Assembly: GCA_013329045.1 (NCBI GenBank) | Contig: DUKZ01000004.1 | Coordinates: 14,171 to 78,170 of the forward strand | DNA from: Candidatus Woesearchaeota archaeon | GTDB taxonomy: Archaea > Nanobdellota > Nanobdellia > Woesearchaeales > UBA9989 | Direction of reading: 5' to 3' | Length of the DNA stretch: 64,000 nucleotides | In this document: in pieces, positions 49,709-58,831 of the stretch | Layout of the letters: each line of letters opens with the position of its first letter | Position numbering within the stretch: the first letter of the stretch is position 1 | Program-made: the position numbers and the translations under genes | The notes under the pieces: generated by a model | Databases searched by the model: none | Seen by the model: the letters and a program-made list of their open reading frames with translations, nothing else | What the model was told of the DNA's origin: nothing

Positions 49709-52700
49709 TTATGAGATGATTGCAGGTGCATCATGGCCCTCATCCACCATTGCCTGGATCTCATCTTGCGTGAGCACTTTATCCCACACCCTCACGCGAT
49801 CGATAGAACCATCAAAAAAATTGCTCATGCCATCACCACCTGCTCCAATGACCATCTGCGCAGTAGATGCGTCATAGCTGATCTCGGGAATGAAGGATCC
49901 AACACCATCAAGATAAAATGTTGTTCCAACACCAGGGATGAAGAGAGCGGCAATATGGTGCCAAACACCTGGCGAAACCTGAAATCCTGTATCCATCATC
50001 GAATTGCCCGTGTAGACATGCCAATGGTCGCCGACCTGAAGGACAGACCAATCATATCCACCATCATCGGTGCTCATGACCATATGGCCGCCGGAGGACG
50101 TTGAATCTGCCTTAACCCATGCTGAGAAAGAAAGAGGATTTTTTCCTTCCTGACTGGTGAGGAGATCAATTGAAAGGGCATCATTGCCATTAAGGGTTGC
50201 ACCAGCAGCAGGTGTGATGGCCGGGTCTCCAATCAATGTTATTATATGATTGAACAAAGAGGTGTCAACAATCACAAACGGATCTGGCGTGGGAGAGCCA
50301 TCAGCCATCATATAATAGACGGATGATACCTCTGTTGAAAGAAGGAGGCTAGAACAATCAGCAGGGCAGGAAATTCCTGATTCTCTGCTATCACAAACAG
50401 AATCCCCACACACATTTTCAATGAATCGAATAGCACTCAAGTCGCCAGAGCTTGTATCAAACTCAATCACTCCTCTCTCATATCTTCTCGACCATATTGC
50501 CCCATTACTTACAGGAGCAGGATCAAGAGGCATGCCAAACGTCTCGTTATAGAGGTAATACGGGAAAGGCTGGCCATCGGGGCCGGGCTGGTTGAGATAG
50601 GTGAACACATGAAAATAGGTGTTATCATCCGCAAGCAGATGCGCCCAGAGCCAGACCTGATACAGTTTAGAATAATCTGAGGGAATGACACCAGGATTAC
50701 CAGATACGAGATATGTAATGATTTTTCCCCTGTCTTTCAAGCTCTGTGTGAGATTCCAGTACCATTCAACATCACAGGAACGTTTAGAATACGCAGACGG
50801 GAGGAGGCAATCATCATAAAAACCACCCTCAACCATAATCCCATAAAAATTCCCAGCAGTACTCAGAAGAGAGGTATAGTCATTCAACGCAGAGTTTCCC
50901 GTGCTGGCATCATTCAAGATCATCCGCACTTGCGGATCCCTCGACAGGATCTCCTGATAGATCCCGTTTGCCACAGAAAAATAATACTGTCTCTGCTCAG
51001 ACTGGCTTCCAGGGGCCAAGTAATGCTCACTCCAGTAGCTTGTCAGCTGATGAGGCATATATGAATTATCGATGAAGATATCGTGCGATGAGCTCTTTCT
51101 CGACATTGCCAGCACATACCTGACCAGGTATTCACGTACTGCAGGAGAGTTATAGTTCCACAGTGCCCGACGAGCCTTAACCAAAGGCTGGTTATTGATT
51201 TGCCCATACGAATCAGGGATCACCATGGTCTTCCCCTGCTGATAATCATCCAAGGTGATACCCACTTGAGGAACCAGTTGGTAACCTCTGGAGCTGACAT
51301 TGATCGCTATGGGATTCAGCTTACTATCCACTTCGACCCCTATGGGAAGGTCATCAGTACCATAAATCGAGGCATACGTCGCATTGGTGGCCGCAAGCTC
51401 ATGGTGGACCTTTTGGACATCGGCGAGTTGGATGACTGATGGCCTCATCCATCCACCCTCATTGTAGAGATTGAACAAGTCAAGCAACTCCTGGTCGGAA
51501 AGATTAACAGCCTGATCATGGAGACCACGGTTATAGACAGTCGTTGTCGGGTTGACCTTGTTATCGTCCGAGGCCTTGATATCCTGCAGACCAAGATAAT
51601 TGAATTGCGGAAGGCCTGGGTATGGGACACCAATCGTGAAATCCACATCACCCACCGGGAAAGGAGGGTGAGAAGCATCATAGCCGAATGTCGGGTAATA
51701 AGTCAAAGAGTAGAAGTGAAGATACTCACCATAAGAAGAGCAATCAGCAGGGCAGGTGTCAACTGTTTCTCCAGCCTCACAGATGGAATTATTATCACAC
51801 GTTTTTCTTATTGACACTTCATCACTTGCCCATAAGTGAAGACTTTGTCCAACATGGTCACATACAATCCTCCACTGATGAGTTCCAGAAACATCAAAAG
51901 TGGAAAATGCAACATATAAGCCTAGCTGGTCATCAAAAGATACAGGGATTGGCGCTTCATCAACAAAGCCTTGACAAGTGGCGCCTGGCAGAGGGGCATC
52001 TTCGAGGGTGAGATTGCCATACAAGATGACAAGATCGCCGGTGAACTTTTCTTTTGTGTCAGTATCATCACTGGCAACAAGGACCTTATCCTGGCGCTTG
52101 AGCCTGGCATCATCTATCTGATAATTCGTGATGTTGTTCTCATCCGGGACCCAGGAGAGAATGATCTCATTTATTCCATTAGGGATAAGCAAGGATGCAG
52201 ATATTTTATTGCCTCTTGCCTGGACTTTGCCATATGCAGGGTAGAGAGAGGGGTCAAATGAGAGCATGACAGAGGAGTCATTGAAAAATGGGTTTACCAC
52301 CAGGATGCCATCCTGCATAAAATCAACGTTCACTCTTCCCTTTCCTGAACCATGGTCGCCCTTGACAAACGAAGTGAGGTCATAAAAGCCGGGAGGGAGG
52401 GAAACTTTTGCTGCCAATGATGAATTGCTGTCCAACAATCTGTATGCATACACACCGGCATTTGGATCATTTACCCTCTGGGAACCATTAATCTCCCACC
52501 CATCAGCAATCCTGTTTCCTGATGCATGGTCGCCAAAACCGAAATTTGTTGCATTATCAATCTCGAATGAAGGATTGTTAATGAAGTTCTCGCAATCAAA
52601 GGGGCAGGAGGCGATGGTCTCGACAGCATCGCAGATATCATTGCCGCAGATGGGTGAACAATCAGATGGGCAAGAAGTGTATGATTCATCAGCACCACAT

Positions 52701-53656
52701 TCACCATTGCCACACCAAGGAGTGGTGCAGTCACCTGGACAAGAAGAGGAAGTTTCTCCAGACTCACAAGCGCCATTGCCGCACTGGCTGATTGTTCCCT
52801 CACAAGAACCGGAAGGAAGGCATGCTTGGCCTTCAGGACAACCGCAAATATCACAGCGTTGGATGATCCTGGAAGCCATGGGCACCATGCGGCAATCTAG
52901 TTCTGAGCCGTTTATCGCATCACAAAAAAGATTGAGAGGCTGCGTGTCTGCTTCACAAAACCAAGGCTTCGCATTTTGGACGCAGGCGTGCGGAGGAGTA
53001 TCACCACAATACACCTGGCAGGGATTCATCGCATAGGACTCATTGAACTTCACCAATGTATTTGTCCCTTTGCGAATCCTTCCCATAGCAGGGACATCGA
53101 GGAGAACAACAACATCATTTTTTCCGCTCTGTAAGGATAGCTCCATGCCATCCAGCGAGAAGTTATACGATTGTTCATCAATCTTCTCTGGAACATCAAA
53201 CGTTGTCGCAAAGCAGCCGGGAGCGTTCTTGGCAAGCTGGACTTCCTGCTTGATGTTTTCACCAACGCTCTTCATTAGCACCTGCATTTGTTTCTCCTGG
53301 AGCTGGCCAGCATTAGTGTTGATGATGAGGGCAATTCCCACAAAGACAAGAATAACAACACTCAAGGCGATGGTGAATTCCATCCCTGCCTGCCCCTTCA
53401 TCGCCAGGGGAAAACAGAGGCAAAAAAGCGGGAGGATGAAGAGAAGAGGGAAAAATGAAAGAGAAGCTTTGGGGCTTTGAGAGGGAAGATTTCCTGGAGA
53501 GGAGGAAATGCGGGAGAAAACCCCTGGAGAAAAAACAGAGGAGGAGATGCTGCCCTGCTGATCCTCATTAGCACTCGTGAATGCCAGGGGAGAGAGGATG
53601 ACATTTATGAGCAGCCACAATACCATGACATACTGAACACCGCTTATTCTCTTCAC
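49709..53656 (-). CDS. Giant pilin-fusion surface protein: leader module, internal class III signal, Cys repeats, putative glycoside-hydrolase-like domain, LamG
   Basis: GTG start with a GGGGTG SD; MKG/QAGMEF at residue 86; WNYNSPAVREY...DIFIDN...GIMVEG...GMP...WSRRYERG; WHHIAA...IDRVRVW. Confidence 0.8.
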   Translation of the reverse strand: MKRISGVQYVMVLWLLINVILSPLAFTSANEDQQGSISSSVFSPGVFSRISSSPGNLPSQSPKASLSFFPLLFILPLFCLCFPLAMKGQAGMEFTIALSVVILVFVGIALIINTNAGQLQEKQMQVLMKSVGENIKQEVQLAKNAPGCFATTFDVPEKIDEQSYNFSLDGMELSLQSGKNDVVVLLDVPAMGRIRKGTNTLVKFNESYAMNPCQVYCGDTPPHACVQNAKPWFCEADTQPLNLFCDAINGSELDCRMVPMASRIIQRCDICGCPEGQACLPSGSCEGTISQCGNGACESGETSSSCPGDCTTPWCGNGECGADESYTSCPSDCSPICGNDICDAVETIASCPFDCENFINNPSFEIDNATNFGFGDHASGNRIADGWEINGSQRVNDPNAGVYAYRLLDSNSSLAAKVSLPPGFYDLTSFVKGDHGSGKGRVNVDFMQDGILVVNPFFNDSSVMLSFDPSLYPAYGKVQARGNKISASLLIPNGINEIILSWVPDENNITNYQIDDARLKRQDKVLVASDDTDTKEKFTGDLVILYGNLTLEDAPLPGATCQGFVDEAPIPVSFDDQLGLYVAFSTFDVSGTHQWRIVCDHVGQSLHLWASDEVSIRKTCDNNSICEAGETVDTCPADCSSYGEYLHFYSLTYYPTFGYDASHPPFPVGDVDFTIGVPYPGLPQFNYLGLQDIKASDDNKVNPTTTVYNRGLHDQAVNLSDQELLDLFNLYNEGGWMRPSVIQLADVQKVHHELAATNATYASIYGTDDLPIGVEVDSKLNPIAINVSSRGYQLVPQVGITLDDYQQGKTMVIPDSYGQINNQPLVKARRALWNYNSPAVREYLVRYVLAMSRKSSSHDIFIDNSYMPHQLTSYWSEHYLAPGSQSEQRQYYFSVANGIYQEILSRDPQVRMILNDASTGNSALNDYTSLLSTAGNFYGIMVEGGFYDDCLLPSAYSKRSCDVEWYWNLTQSLKDRGKIITYLVSGNPGVIPSDYSKLYQVWLWAHLLADDNTYFHVFTYLNQPGPDGQPFPYYLYNETFGMPLDPAPVSNGAIWSRRYERGVIEFDTSSGDLSAIRFIENVCGDSVCDSRESGISCPADCSSLLLSTEVSSVYYMMADGSPTPDPFVIVDTSLFNHIITLIGDPAITPAAGATLNGNDALSIDLLTSQEGKNPLSFSAWVKADSTSSGGHMVMSTDDGGYDWSVLQVGDHWHVYTGNSMMDTGFQVSPGVWHHIAALFIPGVGTTFYLDGVGSFIPEISYDASTAQMVIGAGGDGMSNFFDGSIDRVRVWDKVLTQDEIQAMVDEGHDAPAIIS

Positions 53657-53667
53657 ATACCCACCCC

Positions 53668-54135
53668 TTATTGCATAACCCTAATCTCGACATACAAGAG
53701 CCCAGCTGGGTCTTTCTTTGCCTCAACTTGTATCCTTTTGTATCCTGAAGTGACCTTCTCATCCTGAAGGGCGCCGGTGAAGTCCGCAGTCTCCAAAGGC
53801 ACCTTGCTCAAGGAAACAATCTCTGCATAGCCATCACCTGTCGTGACATTGATGACCAGCTCCTTTTGGCCTTCCAAGATACCATGCGGGGCAACCTTTA
53901 TCGAATTGACCCCCTCTGGCATCGTGAGCTCAAGCGTCAACCTTGATCCAAAACCAAAGTAATACACTTTTTCTGCATTCGATATGATCTGCTTTGCTAA
54001 TGTGCCAGATTGTGTGATTGCGGCCTGCTCCCTTGTCGATCTCGTGTAATTATAAAACAAGGACACTGTCGGAACAAGGATGATAAACAGGAGGGACATG
54101 ACCATCAAGAAGTCCATCGAAGCCTGGCCTTTCAT
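53668..54135 (-). CDS. Type IV pilin-like protein
   Basis: MKG/QASMDFLMVMSLLFIIL. Confidence 0.85.
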   Translation of the reverse strand: MKGQASMDFLMVMSLLFIILVPTVSLFYNYTRSTREQAAITQSGTLAKQIISNAEKVYYFGFGSRLTLELTMPEGVNSIKVAPHGILEGQKELVINVTTGDGYAEIVSLSKVPLETADFTGALQDEKVTSGYKRIQVEAKKDPAGLLYVEIRVMQ

Positions 54136-54650
54136 GCAACCCCCACCTTTAATGGCCCTCGCACAGTATGCGGCGTTGTTCCTTGATACCCGCTTGGCCC
54201 TTCCATACCAGTATTATCAATATGGTATGTTATGACAAGATCGCCTTTGACAATCCTTCCAGATTCAAGATTGCAGAGCAAAGGGTCTGCCGGGAGAGAC
54301 AAGGTGAAGCCCTGATTGTTGTTAATGAGACCATCTGGAAAACCTTCTGTGGCAAAGGCGGACCTGCAATCATAATTCGTGCCCTCCACCGATTCAATAT
54401 ATGCATCTTCCACCTTGATGCCAAACCCAAGATTATTGACGATATAGAATGTTATCCCATCAGCTTTTGCATTGAACGCATCACATCTTAGGTCATTTGA
54501 CAGAAAGCAGGAGTCTGGAAGCATCCGGTCAATTCTCATGATGCCAAAATAATTCAATGAGGCCACAATAACGAGGCCTGCGATGAACACCCATCCATAG
54601 GTGACCATAAACTCCATTGCCGCCTGTGCTTTTGTCCTCGCTGCCATCAT
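54132..54650 (-). CDS. Type IV pilin-like protein
   Basis: RTKA/QAAMEFMVTYGWVFI...YFGI...PDSC. Confidence 0.88.
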   Translation of the reverse strand: MMAARTKAQAAMEFMVTYGWVFIAGLVIVASLNYFGIMRIDRMLPDSCFLSNDLRCDAFNAKADGITFYIVNNLGFGIKVEDAYIESVEGTNYDCRSAFATEGFPDGLINNNQGFTLSLPADPLLCNLESGRIVKGDLVITYHIDNTGMEGPSGYQGTTPHTVRGPLKVGVA

Positions 54651-54702
54651 GCCTCTTTTTGTCTTTATCCTGTCCTCTTGCTATTTAAATGTTTCTGAGA
54701 AA

Positions 54703-55709
54703 GGACATTGTCATCTTTTCGTGATATACATCTTTGCCCTATACTTTATCAACGTTAATAATTTATTTCTCCCGAGATTTAAATTAATTCCTGCTGATTC
54801 AGCAGGAGTTTTTCCCTTCAATTGCCTGTGAGGATTCACAAAATTATGAATGATGTGTTTCAGATTCAAGAAGTGTTCTGCTCGTCGACAACTAAAGAAA
54901 CCTCTCATTGTTTTTATCCTGTCCTTTATCTCCTGGTTGTATCTCTCAATATGGTTGTTGTTGTGTTTTAACCCTGATTTCTTTGCCTTTATCGGAACAC
55001 CAAATCTCAATTTTGCTACCCGATAAAATAGCTTGCTGAAAGCTGTTTTGCAATTCTCAAATTTATCACATACAAATATGATGAGCTCCCTTTTCTTCAC
55101 GGGCTTGCATTTTTCTTGAAAATATATTTCAAGAATCTGTTTATAACAGGTTATTTTTATTTGTCTGAGAAAAGCAACACACTTTTCAATTGTTCTTTTC
55201 TCGACGAAAAAATGGGCTAAAACATATTTTGTTTTGCTGTCAATTGCATTCAAATCGTAGCAGTCGTCTTTTTTTACCTTGATGAACTTTTCATCAAGAT
55301 GAATTCTGCCCTTGATTATTGGACTTACCTGAAGATGAAGCGGATTTTAAAAAAACAGAGTACTTTTTTGTCCATTCACTTATAGTCCATCTTGTTACCT
55401 TGACATTGTCATGCTGCCAAAGAGGGTTTTGTACTTTGCTCAAAGACATTCCATCTTCGTGCATGTGAATTGCACGAACAATTTTCTCTTTATTGAATCT
55501 CATACGTTCAAAGCCATCAGGCTCGACGAAAGTCAAGCGGCAATCATTGCATCGATAAAGTTGCTTGACTATTGTTTTATTGTAACGTTTACCTCGTTTT
55601 ACTATATCTAAAGCACAGCATTTTGGGCAACTAAAAGACACCATGCAATCACCTCAGACATATTAAAGAAGAACTAGTATATAAATATCACGTTAAATAG
55701 GTAATGGCC
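54703..55709 (-). mobile_element. ~1.0-kb insertion sequence (IS6/IS1-like DDE type)
   Basis: Imperfect ~25-bp TIRs GGACATTGTCATCTTTTCGTGATAT / rc GGCCATTACCTATTTAACGTGATAT; direct repeat TGAGAAA (up to CTGAGAAAG) on both sides; AT-rich. Confidence 0.88.
54711..55644 (-). CDS. DDE transposase split by a +1 frameshift (programmed, or pseudogene)
   Basis: ORF1: CPKC...YRCNDC zinc ribbon and HTH. The shifted frame continues GRIHLDEKF...NAIDSKTK...CDK...NNHIERYN...HNFVNPH...KTPAE. Confidence 0.85.
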
Positions 55710-55782
55710 TGAGAAAGAAAAGGTAATATGTTATTGGACGTGCCAAAGGAAAAACATGAAAAAGATGAAGAAAAAGAACGCC

Positions 55783-56286
55783 TTATGGCGCCCTGAAATG
55801 GACTGGACCGGAAGCTGAAGCTTCAAAGCCGGTTGCTTGGATCCTATAGGTGATTGTCACGACAAGGTCGACGACATCACCACGGGAGATACCCTGAACC
55901 GTGCTTCCAGAACAATCAAGGCCAACTTCACCAGTAGCACCCGGCCTGATATTATCCGTTGGCGTGACCGTTGCATCATTCGTGCAGACAATATTCTTGC
56001 TGTCAGATTCAAAATCACCCTTCGCCTCAACGCTCACCAGATCGATGACTTTACCGACATTATTCTGGATAGAGAATTTCAGGGTCTGCCCATTCTCTCC
56101 AATGTTCATTGCAACACAGCTTACCTGGCCTGCGAGCTGGCAGGAATCAGGAACGAACTTTCCTGGCGAGAGAACGCCAAAATATGCAAGTGCCCCAATG
56201 ACCACAATTGCGACAAGTAGTGCCCACCCATAGGTGGTAAGAAACTCCATGGCCGCTTGACCTCTTTTACCATGTAGATGTCTCAT
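55783..56286 (-). CDS. Type IV pilin (probable major pilin)
   Basis: GKRG/QAAMEFLTTYGWALLVAIVVIGALAYFGVLSP; start at ATG 56286 with a GAGGT SD. Confidence 0.9.
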   Translation of the reverse strand: MRHLHGKRGQAAMEFLTTYGWALLVAIVVIGALAYFGVLSPGKFVPDSCQLAGQVSCVAMNIGENGQTLKFSIQNNVGKVIDLVSVEAKGDFESDSKNIVCTNDATVTPTDNIRPGATGEVGLDCSGSTVQGISRGDVVDLVVTITYRIQATGFEASASGPVHFRAP

Positions 56287-56390
56287 GATGTTTTGACCTC
56301 TTTTGTGATAAGGCATTCTTTGAATGTCGAGTATAAAAATCTTCCGATCGTCAAAAGCCTTGTTTAACAACCTATACTTGCCCCATTTTA

Positions 56391-56870
56391 TCAATGTTTA
56401 TGTTGGAATATACTTACAACTGCAAGGAGGCAACCTGGCAATTCTCTTACCTTACCCCTAGGGTAGAGCATTCCCATTGTTATCTCAATAGTATAGAAGG
56501 ATAATGCATTCTCAGCACCCCAAAGTCGTTCGGTTTTCCCACCTTGATCATCGAAGGTTGTTACTCTAAACCTGTTCCAATCAACTGGCTCGGTTATTAT
56601 CGTGTCAGATTCTTCGCGAAAATGAACGCCATCAGCATAACTATCTCGATAACTCTCAACTGCATTCTGATGAGCCTCATCAACATAGACGATTTCCTCC
56701 TCAAGAGCTCTTCTTGGAGGACGGTTATAATACCCATCAAAATATGCAACATATTGCAGGGCAACAGTTCTATCTTTGTAGACATCATAATAAAAACTCG
56801 CCCGAAGGTCGATCAAACGGTCTAACTCAGGTAAGGACATTGACGTGATTATGTCAGGTAGCTCTGCCAT
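56391..56870 (-). CDS. Hypothetical protein (AT-rich)
   Basis: 159-aa ORF; no motif. Confidence 0.55.
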   Translation of the reverse strand: MAELPDIITSMSLPELDRLIDLRASFYYDVYKDRTVALQYVAYFDGYYNRPPRRALEEEIVYVDEAHQNAVESYRDSYADGVHFREESDTIITEPVDWNRFRVTTFDDQGGKTERLWGAENALSFYTIEITMGMLYPRGKVRELPGCLLAVVSIFQHKH

Positions 56871-56902
56871 ACTGATTAAAGAGTGAAGATTTGTTTAAAA
56901 AT

Positions 56903-57105
56903 GGCTCTGTAGAATCTCTCGCTTCGCTCGGGCACGTGCCGGCTCAACTCTTGACCATTTACTGAAGGTGCTGCGTTCCCGAAGTCCACCAAAAGCGAAG
57001 CTTTTGGGTCGCGAAAACAATGTTTTCGCAGGAGCGACCCCTCGCGACGCACTATATGAGTCTGTGATCGAGTTTCGCAAAAAGGCACTACCTTTCTACA
57101 GAGCC
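56903..57105. mobile_element. MITE-like structured repeat, copy 2
   Basis: Perfect TIR GGCTCTGTAGAA / TTCTACAGAGCC; core CCCGAAGTCCACCAAAAGCGAAGCTTTTGGGTCGCGAAAAC..TTTTCGCAGG shared with copy 1. Confidence 0.78.
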
Positions 57106-57147
57106 TTAAAAGGTAATACTTATAAGAGAGAAAAGAAGAATCCCTTT

Positions 57148-58830
57148 ATGGATGGAAAGATAATGGAAGAACTTGTAAAATTTATCCTTACTCACCCATC
57201 AAAACAAGCCCTAGCAAAGAAGAAACTTGCTCTCTGCAAAAAATATAAGGTTAAGAAGATTCCCACCGATTTTGACATTCTCCTTAATGCGCCAGCAGAA
57301 TTGCTGCCAAAACTTGCCCATTTTGTCTCAAAACCAACAAGAACAATCAGTGGAGTTGCGGTTATTGCCGTCATGACAAAACCCATTGCCTGCCCGCATG
57401 GGAAATGCATCTATTGCCCTGGAGGGCCAGGATCATTTTTTGGTGATGTGCCCATGTCGTATACAGGAAAAGAACCGTCAACGATGCGGGCAATTAGGAA
57501 TATGTATGATCCTTACCTTATTGTGTTTAATCGGCTCGAGCAGTATGTGGCACTCAACCAGCCTGCCGAAAAGGTTGAAATCATCATCCAGGGAGGAACT
57601 TTCCCTGCGTTTCCAAAAAAATATCAAGAAGAGGTTATCATTTCCTGTTTTAAAGCGTTAAATGATTTTTCGCGATTGTTCTTTAAGGATGGGACACTTG
57701 ATCTCAAAAAGTATAAGGAATTCTTTGAGCTGCCAGGGGACATCACCGATGAAGAAAGAGGGAAACGAGTCCGGGCTAAGACGCTGAAGGTGAAAGGGGA
57801 TCTTTCTGCAACGATACTGGAGAGAGAACAGCGGAAGAATGAAAAGACATTTGCCAGGTGCGTTGGACTAACAATAGAAACAAAACCAGACTGGGGGATG
57901 CTCAAGGAAGGAAATATGTTATTGCGGCTGGGATGCACCCGTATCGAGCTTGGGGTGCAGACAGTCTATGAAGATGTCATCAAGAAGCTGAACAGAGGGC
58001 ACAATGTAGAAGATTCGAAAAAGTCTACACAGGAATTAAAGGACTTGGGATTCAAGATCAATTATCACATGATGCCAGGACTTCCCGGGACTACCCCCCG
58101 AAAAGATCTGGAAGGGCTCTTGTCCTTGTTTACCGATGAAGGATTCATGCCGGATATGCTCAAGATTTATCCATGCATGGTGATGCCAGGAACGCCGTTG
58201 TATGAGATGTGGAAAAAGGGCAGGTTTGTGCCGCTTCGGACAAAACAGGCAGCAAGACTCATTGCTCAGTTTATGGGAAAGGTTCCAGAATGGGTGCGCA
58301 TTATGAGGGTGCAGCGGGACATTCCGACAACACAGACATCAGATGGCGTTGATCGGACAAACCTTCGCCAGTATATTGATGAAGAGATGAAGAAACGAGG
58401 GCTTGTCTGCTGTGATATCCGAGCCCGCGAGGTTGGAAGATATACCGGAAAGATCGGAAAGGTGGGATTCAAGGTCTCGCATTACCGGGCATCGGGAGGA
58501 AATGAGTTCTTCATCCAGGCAGCGTTTAAAGGATATCTTCTTGGGTACTGCCGGCTTCGGTTTCCAAAAGAAAATTTGCGAAAAGAAATTACGCCATCAA
58601 CCGGCATTATCCGGGAGCTGCATGTTTTTGGCCAGCAGGTGGGGATCGGCAAAACTGGAGAGGTTCAGCATCGGGGCATTGGAAGGAAGCTGCTCGCGAT
58701 AGCGGAAGATTTGTGCAGGACGTATTATAAAGACAAGATTGTTGTCATATCTGGCGTTGGTGTTCGGGAGTATTATAAGAAACTTGGATATCGGAAGGAA
58801 GGGGTATATATGGTAAGGAAGATTGCGTGA
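57148..58830 (+). CDS. elp3: Elp3 tRNA U34 acetyltransferase (radical SAM + GNAT)
   Basis: KPTRTISGVAVIAVM..P..CPHGKCIYCPGG, ETKPD, RVQRDIP, IRELHVFG, QHRGIG, ISGVGVREYY; start moved to ATG 57148. Confidence 0.95.
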   Translation: MDGKIMEELVKFILTHPSKQALAKKKLALCKKYKVKKIPTDFDILLNAPAELLPKLAHFVSKPTRTISGVAVIAVMTKPIACPHGKCIYCPGGPGSFFGDVPMSYTGKEPSTMRAIRNMYDPYLIVFNRLEQYVALNQPAEKVEIIIQGGTFPAFPKKYQEEVIISCFKALNDFSRLFFKDGTLDLKKYKEFFELPGDITDEERGKRVRAKTLKVKGDLSATILEREQRKNEKTFARCVGLTIETKPDWGMLKEGNMLLRLGCTRIELGVQTVYEDVIKKLNRGHNVEDSKKSTQELKDLGFKINYHMMPGLPGTTPRKDLEGLLSLFTDEGFMPDMLKIYPCMVMPGTPLYEMWKKGRFVPLRTKQAARLIAQFMGKVPEWVRIMRVQRDIPTTQTSDGVDRTNLRQYIDEEMKKRGLVCCDIRAREVGRYTGKIGKVGFKVSHYRASGGNEFFIQAAFKGYLLGYCRLRFPKENLRKEITPSTGIIRELHVFGQQVGIGKTGEVQHRGIGRKLLAIAEDLCRTYYKDKIVVISGVGVREYYKKLGYRKEGVYMVRKIA

Positions 58831-58831
58831 T

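Noticed and set aside
56968-57147. 60-aa N-terminal extension of Elp3, and small ORFs 56876-57088 and 13681-14025
   Set aside because: They derive from the palindromic MITE-like element, which is open by chance.
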